Below are positions 10,854 to 20,797 of a stretch of DNA of 64,000 nucleotides, one piece after another. The position numbers and the translations under genes are program-made. The first letter of the stretch is position 1. Each line of letters starts with the position of its first letter. Origin of the DNA: a bacterium (lineage in GTDB: Bacteria; Patescibacteriota; CPR2; UBA1875; JAJYID01); contig JAJYLR010000001.1 of assembly GCA_021787535.1 (NCBI GenBank), positions 83,648 through 147,647 on the forward strand, read 5' to 3'. Below the pieces are notes generated by a model. The model had not been told where the DNA came from, did not search any database, and was given only the letters and a program-made list of their open reading frames with translations.

Positions 10854-11762
10854 ATGGCAGAAGTTGAGAAACCACTGACTATTAAAGATGCTGTTGAAAA
10901 TCTAGAAAAAATTAGAAAATCTACATTAATTTCTTACCTTGCAGATTCTAGGGCTATCTTTGATCCTAATGACTGCCTTGTTTTAGATGACAATTTGAGC
11001 CAATTAACAAATGGTGGACAAAGTAAAATTAAAAAACTCGATCTATTTCTACAAAGTCCAGGGGGAATCCTTGAAGCTGCTTATAAATTTTTCAGAATAT
11101 GCAGAGATTATTGTGATGAATTTAGCGTAATTATTCCTTTATCTGCAAAAAGTGCGTCTACTATCATTGCTCTTGGAGCTGATGAAATTGTCATGACTAC
11201 CATTTCCGAGTTAGGGCCTGTAGATCCTATTGTGCAACATCCTCAGAATCCAAACATCAGAGTTCAAGCTAGAGCAATTAAGGAGTATATAGACTTAGTG
11301 AGCAAACCAAACCAGGCAATAAATATGGGCCCAGAGCTTAAAAAGACACTAAATAGTACATTAGATGCATATTTAATTGGCAGTTATGAAATGGCAATCA
11401 AAAATTCAAAAGAGATTATCCAAAAGTTATTAACTGAAAACAAAAAGGTTGGTTTAAATGCTGATCAAATTAAAATAGTTGTTGAAGAACTTACAGAAAG
11501 CCATGCTTCTCATTCATATCCAATTGATAGATCGGATTTAATCGGTCTTGGGTTTAAAAACATTGTAAAGGCAGAAAAAACTCCAGAATTAATCGTAGCG
11601 ATCAAGCAACTATTTAGTATTTACTCTCAATTTATGGCTCAGAATAATTTAATCAAACTCCAGGGAAATAGGGATATGAATAGACATATTCAAATCCCAC
11701 CTCAGCAAATGGTCGGTTTTGAGGATAAAGATAATCCAATCCCTCCAATAAGTTTTTCTTGA
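10854..11762 (+). CDS. ClpP-class serine protease (SDH_sah / peptidase S49-like)
   Basis: LFLQSPGG, AKSASTIIALGADEIVM, SELGPVDP, SHSYPI. Confidence 0.85.
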   Translation: MAEVEKPLTIKDAVENLEKIRKSTLISYLADSRAIFDPNDCLVLDDNLSQLTNGGQSKIKKLDLFLQSPGGILEAAYKFFRICRDYCDEFSVIIPLSAKSASTIIALGADEIVMTTISELGPVDPIVQHPQNPNIRVQARAIKEYIDLVSKPNQAINMGPELKKTLNSTLDAYLIGSYEMAIKNSKEIIQKLLTENKKVGLNADQIKIVVEELTESHASHSYPIDRSDLIGLGFKNIVKAEKTPELIVAIKQLFSIYSQFMAQNNLIKLQGNRDMNRHIQIPPQQMVGFEDKDNPIPPISFS

Positions 11763-11763
11763 A

Positions 11764-12282
11764 ATGACTTCTTGGGCTGTAATGAAAATGCTATTTATCG
11801 ATGGCCAGCTATTGGCTGCGATTGTAACTGGCCTAGCTTTTGCCTTCCTTTTTTACTGGTTTAATAAAAAAGATAAACATAATTTACAAGAAACTATTTG
11901 GAAAAAAGAATTTGATATGCATCAAACTGACCCAATCATTACTATTTTTAGGGGAATATTATTGACACTTAACAGAAATGAAGTTAGCAGTATAAAATCA
12001 GGTATCCCACAAATTACGCTGGATGATCTCAGGGTCGAAATACATCTAGTTAGATATTTTGACGCAAAATTAAGAAATAGGATTCTAGAAAAGATTTATA
12101 AAGAATGCTTATATTATAATAATATTGGCATTGTAAGTTCTTCAAAGGCAGTTTCAAGTACAGATGAAGAAACTGATATCGTGGTTAACGAGAGCAAGGT
12201 CGAAAAAGATAAGAGGAAAAAACTTATAAAGGAAATTCTTGATGTTGTTGACGAAATTAAAAAAAGCTATGCTAAGAAATAG
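11764..12282 (+). CDS. Hypothetical protein with one N-terminal TM helix
   Basis: Starts 1 nt after the protease stop; hydrophobic LLAAIVTGLAFAFLFYW. Confidence 0.7.
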   Translation: MTSWAVMKMLFIDGQLLAAIVTGLAFAFLFYWFNKKDKHNLQETIWKKEFDMHQTDPIITIFRGILLTLNRNEVSSIKSGIPQITLDDLRVEIHLVRYFDAKLRNRILEKIYKECLYYNNIGIVSSSKAVSSTDEETDIVVNESKVEKDKRKKLIKEILDVVDEIKKSYAKK

Positions 12283-12691
12283 ATTAAGCTTAATTCTCGA
12301 GGTATAACAATCTGAACAAAAATTTTTTCGACTTTTGCTTTCTAATATCGTATTATCATTGTAGCAAAAGTCGGTTTTCTGATTCCTTCCTTCCTTCCGC
12401 CCGATCTTTGCCGCAAAAACCCGAACCCGTTTATCCGGGGAAACCGGCGAAAGTTCATGCTTGAGGCGATACGAGATTCAAGAAAGACCGAAAGCCCAAC
12501 GGAAATTCGCCCCGACCCGAATTTCCGCCACAGATTTTTACAAATCCTTGTAAAAATCGCCCCTAGTATTCCTCTCCCTGTTCGAAATGGGTTCGAGCAA
12601 CGTTCAGCAATTGCGACCAAACTAAACTTTTTTCAAATTCAGGAGTATTTTGCTGTTCGCTCGCCCCGACCAAGAAAATTAATAAAATGCT

Positions 12692-13138
12692 ATGCAAAGT
12701 CAATATAACAAAATTGCAAAGAAAATAATTAGAAATAATATTTATCTTACACTGTCGACAGCTGGAAAAGATGGTAATCCTTGGGCTGCACCGCTTTTTT
12801 ATTGTCTGGATGACAAATATAATTTCTATTTTATCTCTCAGTTAGCATCTTTACATGTAAAGCATATTTTAGAAAGTCCGAAAGTTGCTTTCTCTATCTT
12901 TGACTCCCATCAGCCGGAAGGTTCAGGTAATGGAATACAAGGATTTGGAAAAGCTGTGGAATTGAAAGATGACGAAATTGATAATGCGCTTAAATGGTAT
13001 AGAACAAGCTTCATAGAATATATCCCCGGATATTTCAAAGGAGATTCGTATAGGATTTTTAAACTTGTCCCTAAAGAAGTTTATATACTAGACCCAGATG
13101 CTCAGATAGATCAGAGAGTTAAAGTGAAACTTTGTTAA
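12692..13138 (+). CDS. Pyridoxamine 5'-phosphate oxidase-like FMN-binding split-barrel protein
   Basis: YLTLST.GKDGNPWAAPLFY, SLHVKHI...PKVAFSIFDS. Confidence 0.8.
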   Translation: MQSQYNKIAKKIIRNNIYLTLSTAGKDGNPWAAPLFYCLDDKYNFYFISQLASLHVKHILESPKVAFSIFDSHQPEGSGNGIQGFGKAVELKDDEIDNALKWYRTSFIEYIPGYFKGDSYRIFKLVPKEVYILDPDAQIDQRVKVKLC

Positions 13139-13185
13139 GCACTTTGTCTACTTGTTTTAGCTTTGAGATAGGATAAACTTGATTT

Positions 13186-13581
13186 ATGAAAAAGGTTGTT
13201 ATTGCAGGCAGTCTTTCTTTTGAAAAAGAGATTAAGGAATGGGTTAGCTGGTGGACCGATCAGGGCTTAGCAGTGATTAATTATCCAAGTCCAAGCAGCG
13301 AGGGCGGAAAATTTCCTGAAAGTTATCCAGAAATTAAGAGAAAGTTTTATCAAGATCTTTCCAAAGCAGATATTTTGTTTGTGGTTAATGGAGATAAAAA
13401 CGGGATGAGCGGCTATATCGGTGCACAAGTTTTTGCAGAAATGGTCTTTGCCGTTGCCTTGAATTTGATTTATGATAAAAATGTTAAAATCATATTAGCT
13501 AAAGTGCCGTCCAAGAAAGTGCAATCGTATGAAGAGATAGAACATTGGTTGGCACTTGGTTGGATAAAAATATATGAGTAA
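13186..13581 (+). CDS. Hypothetical protein, possibly nucleoside deoxyribosyltransferase-like fold
   Basis: KVVIAGS..., ADILFVVN..K....GYIG....EM pattern. Confidence 0.55.
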   Translation: MKKVVIAGSLSFEKEIKEWVSWWTDQGLAVINYPSPSSEGGKFPESYPEIKRKFYQDLSKADILFVVNGDKNGMSGYIGAQVFAEMVFAVALNLIYDKNVKIILAKVPSKKVQSYEEIEHWLALGWIKIYE

Positions 13582-13605
13582 GATTATCAATAACAGAGGA
13601 AAACT

Positions 13606-14289
13606 ATGGAAGATTTACAGGTACAATTGAAGTCGGGAGAAATTGATCCTAAGCTTCCCGCCAGGCTACAGATCAGCATGTTTAATTCTTATTGTTCTGG
13701 TGAGTATCTTTATGCATTATGCCATTGGCTAAAAAACCAAGGTCTTACTTCTGTTGAGTTTCAAGTCGCGGATACTTTGCAAAAACATAATATTTCCTGG
13801 AGAAATAAATGCTCTACAGATCAAGCCTTATCCGACGCGTATAAAACGGGTAACGATTGGTTCAGCGTTAATGCGGCAAGTTTTAAATATTGTTACGAGA
13901 ATTTTTCTTTTTTTTGCATTTCGAGGTGGGAGGACTGGATGAAACATACCGGTTTCTCGGAAGCCAAAGAATCCCTGCAAAAACTGCTTGAAACCGATAA
14001 TGGCTTTAGGGATGCTATTAATCAAGAAATCGAACTTTATTTTGAAAAAACAGGAAGATCTTTGAGTAAAGAAAGAAGAAAAATTTCACAAAACTTCCTC
14101 ATTGAAGAAATGGCAGTATCGGAAATATCTGCAAGGTATTGGCCGGCAAATGAAATATATCCGGGGCCACGATTTATTCCGGAAATATATTTAGAAGAAT
14201 CAAAGATTGGCAAGAACTTCTTTCTGACTAATGCAAGTTTTATTCATGTTGATTATGTATCAAAACAGAGGAAAGAAGTTGAAGTATGA
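13606..14289 (+). CDS. tRNA-dependent cyclodipeptide synthase (XYP-type)
   Basis: LQISMFNSY (catalytic Ser motif), ADTLQKHN, G..W, RWEDW, FLIEE, IYPG in canonical CDPS order; 227 aa. Confidence 0.8.
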   Translation: MEDLQVQLKSGEIDPKLPARLQISMFNSYCSGEYLYALCHWLKNQGLTSVEFQVADTLQKHNISWRNKCSTDQALSDAYKTGNDWFSVNAASFKYCYENFSFFCISRWEDWMKHTGFSEAKESLQKLLETDNGFRDAINQEIELYFEKTGRSLSKERRKISQNFLIEEMAVSEISARYWPANEIYPGPRFIPEIYLEESKIGKNFFLTNASFIHVDYVSKQRKEVEV

Positions 14290-14717
14290 ATAAGCTAATC
14301 ATTTTTACAGACGGGGGGGCGAGGAACAATCCGGGGCCGGCGGGGATCGGGGTTGTTCTTTATGATGAAAACAAAAAGATACTGGAAACTTACAAAGAGT
14401 ACATCGGCGAGGCGACGAACAATCAGGCGGAATATCGGGCGCTTATTAAGGCGTTGGAATTAGCTCAAAAATATATAAATTCTGGACAAGGCCAGAATGA
14501 CCAGAAGGTTGCAATTGAATGTTTTTTGGACAGTGAACTTGTTGTTAAACAATTAAATAAAGAATACAAGGTCAAAGATCCGGCGATTAAGGAGCTTTAT
14601 AATCAGGTACTAGACCTCTCAATTTTTAAAAGTATTAGCTTCACTCATGTCAGGCGCGAACAGAACAAGCTGGCGGACAAGCTGGTCAATGAGGCGATAG
14701 ATGAAAAGCATCTATAA
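14286..14717 (+). CDS. rnhA: Ribonuclease HI
   Basis: FTDGGARNNPGPAGIG, TNNQAEY, DSELVVKQ, HVRREQNKLAD. Confidence 0.95.
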   Translation: MNKLIIFTDGGARNNPGPAGIGVVLYDENKKILETYKEYIGEATNNQAEYRALIKALELAQKYINSGQGQNDQKVAIECFLDSELVVKQLNKEYKVKDPAIKELYNQVLDLSIFKSISFTHVRREQNKLADKLVNEAIDEKHL

Positions 14718-15618
14718 GAAAATTGTTAAATTAAGTGTTAGGCAAAAGTTTAAGCTTAAACGTCAAGCTATTCTTGTCTGTGCCGGTGTTTGTACTGTTT
14801 TGTTTGTTCTTATCCTCTCGGGAAGATACGCGTCTATTTTGAATCATAAAGAAAATTTGCATCCTCAATCTAGACAACAGGAACAAAATACCTTAAAAGA
14901 ACATCCGGTAATTGCTTCTGCTAAAAAATTGGTATCATCTCCATTGGCTCGTCAAAATTTAAAAATTCCTATCCTCATGTTTCACCATATACGCGATCCG
15001 AAGCCGATAAACGACAAGATACAGAAAAATCTTTCGGTTTCTCCGATAAAATTTAAGATTGATCTAGAATGGCTGCGCGATCATGGTTACCAAACCTATA
15101 GTATTGATGACCTGGAAGGTATTTTGAGCGGCCAGATGAAAGTGAGTAAAAAACCGGTGATTTTAACCTTTGATGATGGTTATGAGGATAACTATCAGAT
15201 AGCTTTTCAGGATCTAAAATCGATGGGTATGGTTGGCAATTTCTATATTATTACCGGCGCAGTTGGTAAACCGAACTATATGACAGATGCCGAACTCCAG
15301 GAAATGAGTCGTGGTAAAATGACGCTGGGGTCGCATACAGTGAGCCATCCCGACCTGGCTAAAGCTTCATTAGCGCGCCAGATCAAAGAGCTGACTGACA
15401 GCAGAGATTTTCTAGATAATCTGCTTCAGAAAAACATTACCAGCCTTTGCTATCCGTCCGGTAAATATACACCATTGACTCTCATGGTTGCCAAAGGTCT
15501 TGGCTATAAAACAGGAACAACTACAAAGTCTGGTTTTACGTCAGCAAGCTCTGATCCTTTGCAGTTACCGCGGCTCAGAATGACTGAGCTGACGGATTTA
15601 GCCCATCTTTTGCCTTAG
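14701..15618 (+). CDS. Polysaccharide deacetylase (NodB/CE4), membrane-anchored
   Basis: PILMFHH, LTFDDGY, SHTVSHP, YPSG. Confidence 0.9.
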   Translation: MKSIYKKIVKLSVRQKFKLKRQAILVCAGVCTVLFVLILSGRYASILNHKENLHPQSRQQEQNTLKEHPVIASAKKLVSSPLARQNLKIPILMFHHIRDPKPINDKIQKNLSVSPIKFKIDLEWLRDHGYQTYSIDDLEGILSGQMKVSKKPVILTFDDGYEDNYQIAFQDLKSMGMVGNFYIITGAVGKPNYMTDAELQEMSRGKMTLGSHTVSHPDLAKASLARQIKELTDSRDFLDNLLQKNITSLCYPSGKYTPLTLMVAKGLGYKTGTTTKSGFTSASSDPLQLPRLRMTELTDLAHLLP

Positions 15619-15826
15619 AGCCTGTTTAAGAATCTCATGTCGTGCCTGAAATCCTCAGAATTTCGAGCGAGAAGCGTGAAAATGAGGAGTAATATCTAGA
15701 TATTACGACGAGATTTGAACGTTTTGCAGCCGAAATTATAAGATTTCAGCCGACAAGCTTATTCTTTTCATAATCTGCAGTGCTATGCACTAGACGGTAT
15801 ATGGCGGTGAGATTTTAAACAGGCTC
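15618..15826. mobile_element. MITE-like element, 209 bp
   Basis: Terminal inverted repeats GAGCCTGTTTAAGAATCTC / GAGATTTTAAACAGGCTC; internal palindrome GTAATATC-TA-GATATTAC; no ORF. Confidence 0.7.
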
Positions 15827-15832
15827 CTAAAT

Positions 15833-17380
15833 TTAACGGTTGATACGCAGAACCTCGTAGTTGCCAAACTCTTTCTCGGGATGGTAGTGGTTTAGCATGT
15901 AGAGAATGACTTTTTTATTCTGGTAATAAACGTTTTTTGGGTCTTTTGCTATAATCCAGTACTTTGGCTTTGACTTTTCCATATCGCTGATAAAGGTGTC
16001 ATCGAGATGGAAGCCGTAGTTGTCACGATTATCGAGAAGGAGGACGCTTGCCGAAACATACCTGGAGCCGGCATCGCGCTCAGTCATGCGGTATAGGACT
16101 GCACCGTATGTATAAGCTTCGATTTTATCATTAGGGCTGGAATTTGCCTTCACGTAGTCGGCAATTTCCTGATACTGGTTCAGGTCTGTTTTTGCCGAAC
16201 CGGAAAAGAAATTCAAAAGCTCCTTATTAGATATGCCGAAAGAGACGAGCATCATAGCCAAAAGGATTAAAACGACAGCAAAATTTTTGGGTTTCGCAAG
16301 GTTTAGGAAAATATTTCCGCCGTAGGCAAAAATGAGGACAAAAAAGGGCATGCCGATCAGGAAATAGTAGGGATAAAATGATCCGACACCGAAGCAGGCG
16401 ATCACAGCAGCAACAGAACCGATTAAAATAAAGCGGTAAAACGTATCGGACTTTATTTTCTTTAAATCCTTTAAGAGATAAATAGCGAATGTAGCCAGAG
16501 CAAGGAAAAAAGGAGCAATTATCAAAATGAAAATCTTGTGGGGCGAGACATCGCCGCTCAAGGCGCTTTTGGCATACTTGGAACTGAAGGCGACCGCAGC
16601 AACCCAAAAATCGTTTAGGGCATTATGCGCCTTGAAGTAGAAAATCCAAAAGGCGGTTTGAAGGAGAAAAGGGATACCGAATATCAGGTAATTTACAATG
16701 AATTTCTTGAAACTCTTGTAACTTAGGAGGAATATTTCAATGATGATCGGCAGGGAAAGAAGCGAAAAGTTTTCTTTAAGATAGAAAAGCACTGAGAGGC
16801 AGATACCGGAGAGAAAGAGCCATCCTAAATTTGAAATTTGAAATTTGAAATTTTTATTGTCTGACATTTGATTTTTGATGATTGAATACCACTTGAAGAA
16901 TGCTAGAAGCATCAAAATTAAAAAGATGAGACCGAAATTTTCGCAGTTATTACCGCTTGATGTGAACTGAGATAGATTTCGCCAGAAAACATAAAGAAGC
17001 AGAGAAATCCTCACTATTTTATCTGCGTTTTCCTTGAAGAAATTTTTAGAGAATAACTTTGCCAGCTTATAAAAAAGGAAAGTATCAAAGACAGCAAGTA
17101 CGGTTAGAAATATGCGGTGAAGTACGAGATTACCCCCGAAAAGTATGCTCATTAAAGCGTTGAATTCAAAGATAATCGGAGGTTTGTGATCCCAGGCATT
17201 TACATATAGAAGGCCGCCATGCGCGATTGTCTTTCCTACGTAGTAAAAGATCCAGTGATCTGAATCATATGGATATAACCAGACCGCCAATCTCGTAACT
17301 ATGAAAACGAGAATAAGCGTAATCCAAAATACCTTCTTATTTTCTAGAAATTTATTAAACCCGCTTTGAATTTTTTGCAT
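15833..17380 (-). CDS. GT-C fold glycosyltransferase (ArnT/PMT-like)
   Basis: Many TM helices; D...F.Y.G and LLYVNAWDHKPP motifs. Confidence 0.85.
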   Translation of the reverse strand: MQKIQSGFNKFLENKKVFWITLILVFIVTRLAVWLYPYDSDHWIFYYVGKTIAHGGLLYVNAWDHKPPIIFEFNALMSILFGGNLVLHRIFLTVLAVFDTFLFYKLAKLFSKNFFKENADKIVRISLLLYVFWRNLSQFTSSGNNCENFGLIFLILMLLAFFKWYSIIKNQMSDNKNFKFQISNLGWLFLSGICLSVLFYLKENFSLLSLPIIIEIFLLSYKSFKKFIVNYLIFGIPFLLQTAFWIFYFKAHNALNDFWVAAVAFSSKYAKSALSGDVSPHKIFILIIAPFFLALATFAIYLLKDLKKIKSDTFYRFILIGSVAAVIACFGVGSFYPYYFLIGMPFFVLIFAYGGNIFLNLAKPKNFAVVLILLAMMLVSFGISNKELLNFFSGSAKTDLNQYQEIADYVKANSSPNDKIEAYTYGAVLYRMTERDAGSRYVSASVLLLDNRDNYGFHLDDTFISDMEKSKPKYWIIAKDPKNVYYQNKKVILYMLNHYHPEKEFGNYEVLRINR

Positions 17381-17510
17381 AAAACAACTCTAGCAGAAAA
17401 AAATAATTTTGTCATTCTAGAAATAACAAGGAGGTTTTTCCTGTTTCTACTTTGAAATTTAAAATTTGTTTGTTTCTTGGAAATTTAAAAATTGTGCTAT
17501 AATGAAATCT

Positions 17511-18083
17511 ATGAAAAAGATACTGAAAAATAAAATAGTTCTGATGTTTGCTGCAGCTCTTGTCGCGGGTTTTGGGGGCACTGTTCTTTATTTATCGAAA
17601 ACTGTCCCTTCCACGAAAAATGATAATCAGAAAAACAATGTCAGTACGCAAAACAACCAGAAAAACACTAATCCCCAAACTGAAAAAGGCAATCTGCCTG
17701 CCGCAAATCAAACCCCGCCTCCCAAAACTTCCGTACAAGAACAGGCGCCTAACTCAACCTCAACAAATCTTGCTGTCCTTAATGGTTTCGTGACCGCCAC
17801 TAAATCAAGCCAGGACGGCTCTATCAGTTTTTCTTTTTATCTTGAAGGGTCGGGATATTACAGTATTCAAGAAGAGCAAAGTGGAAGTTGGCAGACCACG
17901 GAAAACAATATTTACTATCGAGGTACCGGCGGTTTAGACGCGGGCAGTATTCCGGCCGGACAGTCGTCGGTGACTGTAAGAGCTCTAAAAATAGAGAATG
18001 GCAAATATACAGCCGTAACAAAAGCATTTACAATACAGAGATCAGAGGTGGAAGCAGCCGGAGGGGTGAAAACGTATAATTAG
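17511..18083 (+). CDS. Hypothetical membrane-anchored extracellular protein
   Basis: N-terminal TM, low-complexity linker, beta-rich C-terminus; TGcTATAAT 7 nt before ATG 17511 (ORF track start 17466). Confidence 0.7.
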   Translation: MKKILKNKIVLMFAAALVAGFGGTVLYLSKTVPSTKNDNQKNNVSTQNNQKNTNPQTEKGNLPAANQTPPPKTSVQEQAPNSTSTNLAVLNGFVTATKSSQDGSISFSFYLEGSGYYSIQEEQSGSWQTTENNIYYRGTGGLDAGSIPAGQSSVTVRALKIENGKYTAVTKAFTIQRSEVEAAGGVKTYN

Positions 18084-18084
18084 A

Positions 18085-18210
18085 GAATTTCTAAATCCGA
18101 ATTTCTAATCTCTAAACAAATTCAAAATAATAAAGATCAAAACATTTTGGATTTTGGACATTTGAATTTATAATTTGTTTAGGATTTCGATATTAGAGTT
18201 TAGAATTTAC
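18085..18210. repeat. Heptamer-periodic imperfect inverted repeat, intergenic
   Basis: TTTCTAA-type units on the left arm, TTAGA/TTTGG-type units on the right arm. Confidence 0.65.
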
Positions 18211-18266
18211 AATCAGAGAAATATAAGCTGGCTTGGGTTATCATAAAGTAAGGTAAGGAGATTATC

Positions 18267-19262
18267 ATGAAAGTAGCGATCAATGGTTTTGGCAGGATTG
18301 GACGGCAGGTATTTAAAATTTTAAATGAAAAATATCCCGATGTTGATATTGTAGCTGTAAATGATTTAACCGATACCAAGACTCTGGCATATCTTTTGAA
18401 ATATGATTCCGTCCATGGTTCTTTCGCGGGTACAGTTGATGCGGGTGCGGACTCTCTCACCGTGAATGGGGAAAAAGTTCAAGTTTTGGCCGAGAAAGAT
18501 CCTATTAATCTGCCTTGGAAAGATTTGGATGTTGATGTGGTCATCGAGTCGACCGGTTTCTTTACTGATGGCGAAAAAGCCAAAGCCCACTTGGATGCCG
18601 GAGCGAAGAAAGTCTTAATCTCAGCTCCTGCAACAAATCAGGATATTACAATCGTTCTCGGTGTCAATGAAGACAAGTATGACAAAGAAAAGCACCATAT
18701 TATTTCAAATGCCTCCTGCACTACAAACTGCTTGGCACCTATCATAAAAGTTTTAGTCGATAGCTTTGGTGTGAAAAAAGGACTTATGACCACTGTGCAC
18801 TCATATACAAACGATCAGCGAATTCTGGATTTGCCCCATAAAGATCTTAGGCGAGCCAGGGCGGCAGCACTCAATATTATTCCGACTTCTACCGGAGCGG
18901 CCAAGGCGCTGAAAGAAGTTATTCCTGAAGTTGATGGTATCCTTGACGGTATGTCAATCCGGGTACCAACACCGGATGTATCGGTGGTTGATTTAACTAT
19001 AGAACTTGGGCATGGTACTACTCCTGATGAGATAACAGCTAAGATGAATGAGGCAGCCGCTGGCAGGATGAAAGGTGTCTTAGAGGTTACGGACGAACAG
19101 CTAGTCTCGATGGATTTCAAAGGAAATTGCCACTCTTCTATTTATGACAGTTTGCTGACTAAAAACATTGGGGACAATCTTTTTAAGATCATCAGCTGGT
19201 ATGACAATGAATGGGGATACTCGAATAGATTGGCAGATTTGACGAGTTTTATTATGCAATAA
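18267..19262 (+). CDS. gap: Glyceraldehyde-3-phosphate dehydrogenase
   Basis: [26 protein letters not shown]. Confidence 0.98.
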   Translation: MKVAINGFGRIGRQVFKILNEKYPDVDIVAVNDLTDTKTLAYLLKYDSVHGSFAGTVDAGADSLTVNGEKVQVLAEKDPINLPWKDLDVDVVIESTGFFTDGEKAKAHLDAGAKKVLISAPATNQDITIVLGVNEDKYDKEKHHIISNASCTTNCLAPIIKVLVDSFGVKKGLMTTVHSYTNDQRILDLPHKDLRRARAAALNIIPTSTGAAKALKEVIPEVDGILDGMSIRVPTPDVSVVDLTIELGHGTTPDEITAKMNEAAAGRMKGVLEVTDEQLVSMDFKGNCHSSIYDSLLTKNIGDNLFKIISWYDNEWGYSNRLADLTSFIMQ

Positions 19263-19297
19263 AAAGCTACTCTTTATTGGTTAAATTCCCCCTTTTT

Positions 19298-19424
19298 AAG
19301 TAACAAGTAACAAGAAACAATGACCAAACAAATTTCAAATTTCAAATTAGAAACAGGGAGAATATCTTTGTTATTTGTTGATTGTTATTTGTTTGTATCT
19401 TGCTATCTTGCGCCTTGTATCTTT
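19298..19424. repeat. Heptamer-periodic inverted repeat; related copy at 51934-52063
   Basis: AAGTAAC units, ACAATGACCAAACAA, ...TTGTATCTTT shared between the two copies. Confidence 0.75.
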
Positions 19425-19444
19425 GAGACCCGAAAGGGTGTAGC

Positions 19445-20614
19445 ATGAAGAGCATAAAAAACGCTAACTTAAAAGGTAAAAAAGTCATCATAAGGACTGA
19501 CTTTAATGTGCCTTTGGAAAACGGTAAAATCACAGACGATTCGAAGATTCAAGAGGTCATTCCAACGATAGAATATATCTTAAAATCAGGCGGTTCTATC
19601 ATTGTTATTTCTCACTTGGGTAGACCGGAGGGCAAGCGGGTTAGCGCTCTTTCACTAAAACCGGTTGCCAGAGGGCTAGAGAAACTTTTAGGCAAGAAGG
19701 TTATTTTCGTACCGGAAACTATCGGAGCAAAAGCGCGAGAAAGCGCTTCAAAGCTCAAACCCGGTCAAGTCTTGATGCTCGAAAATCTAAGATTTAGCGC
19801 TCAGGAGGAGCTGGGAGATCCTGAGTTTGCCAAAAAGCTGGCCGGTCTCGGGGATATATTTGTTCAGGAAGCATTTTCCTCAGCTCATCGTTCTCATGCC
19901 TCAATGCTTGCTATAACAAAGTTTTTGCCGTCATACGCCGGACTTCATTTCGAGGAAGAATACACGCATCTTACGAAAATCCTTAAAGAGCCGAAAAAAC
20001 CCTTTGTATTTGTTGCCGGGGGTAAAAAGGCCGGGACGAAAATTCAGTTGCTTGAAAAAATTATCGGTAAAGCCGATGTCGTATTGCTCGGGGGAGGCGT
20101 GGCCGATACCTTCCTCGTTGCCGAGGGTTACGAGATCGGCAAATCCTTTTATGAAGAAGATCATGTGAGTGATGCTGAGAGGGTCTTAAGGGAATCCTTT
20201 GACGGAGGTACCGAAATTCTTTTCCCTTCTGATGTGGTAACCGCTAAAAATGTATCCAAAGAAGCGAGAGTAGAAGAAAAAGATGTGGAACAAATGAACG
20301 GTAGTGATATAATCGTAGATATCGGACCTAAAACGGTTTCAAAGTATGCCCAACCAATAAAGTTTGCCGGCACTATCTTCTGGAACGGACCTATGGGTAT
20401 CGCTGAGTTTCCTAAATTTTCCGGCGGTACAAAAGCCATCGCAAGCATGATTGGCGAAACAGACACAGTTTCTGTGATTGGCGGCGGTGACACTCTATCT
20501 GCACTTAAAAATTTAGGTGCTATAGAAGATTTTACATATGTCTCAACTGCAGGGGGAGCGCTTATGGCTTTCTTATCGGGTGAAAAAATGCCGGTCATTG
20601 AAGCGCTCAGGTGA
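19445..20614 (+). CDS. pgk: Phosphoglycerate kinase
   Basis: RTDFNVP, SHLGRP, LENLRF, WNGPMG, GGGDT. Confidence 0.97.
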   Translation: MKSIKNANLKGKKVIIRTDFNVPLENGKITDDSKIQEVIPTIEYILKSGGSIIVISHLGRPEGKRVSALSLKPVARGLEKLLGKKVIFVPETIGAKARESASKLKPGQVLMLENLRFSAQEELGDPEFAKKLAGLGDIFVQEAFSSAHRSHASMLAITKFLPSYAGLHFEEEYTHLTKILKEPKKPFVFVAGGKKAGTKIQLLEKIIGKADVVLLGGGVADTFLVAEGYEIGKSFYEEDHVSDAERVLRESFDGGTEILFPSDVVTAKNVSKEARVEEKDVEQMNGSDIIVDIGPKTVSKYAQPIKFAGTIFWNGPMGIAEFPKFSGGTKAIASMIGETDTVSVIGGGDTLSALKNLGAIEDFTYVSTAGGALMAFLSGEKMPVIEALR

Positions 20615-20658
20615 GTATAGAGTATGCAGTATTGGGTATTGGGGGTTGTCACACTCTA

Positions 20659-20761
20659 TCATTCCGAGCGACTTCGCGGTAGCGACGAGCCGAGGAATCC
20701 CTTTTCAATAATGTAATTTAAAATATGATTTATATAGATTCCCGCCTGCGCGGGAATGACA
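20659..20761. repeat. REP-like palindrome pair (TCATTCC...GGAATC / GATTCC...GGAATGAC)
   Basis: 20659-20701 is the near-exact reverse complement of 37804-37848; 20737-20760 matches 38296-38319. Confidence 0.85.
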
Positions 20762-20797
20762 AATAAGAGAAACAGGAATGACAAGTAAAGGAGCATT

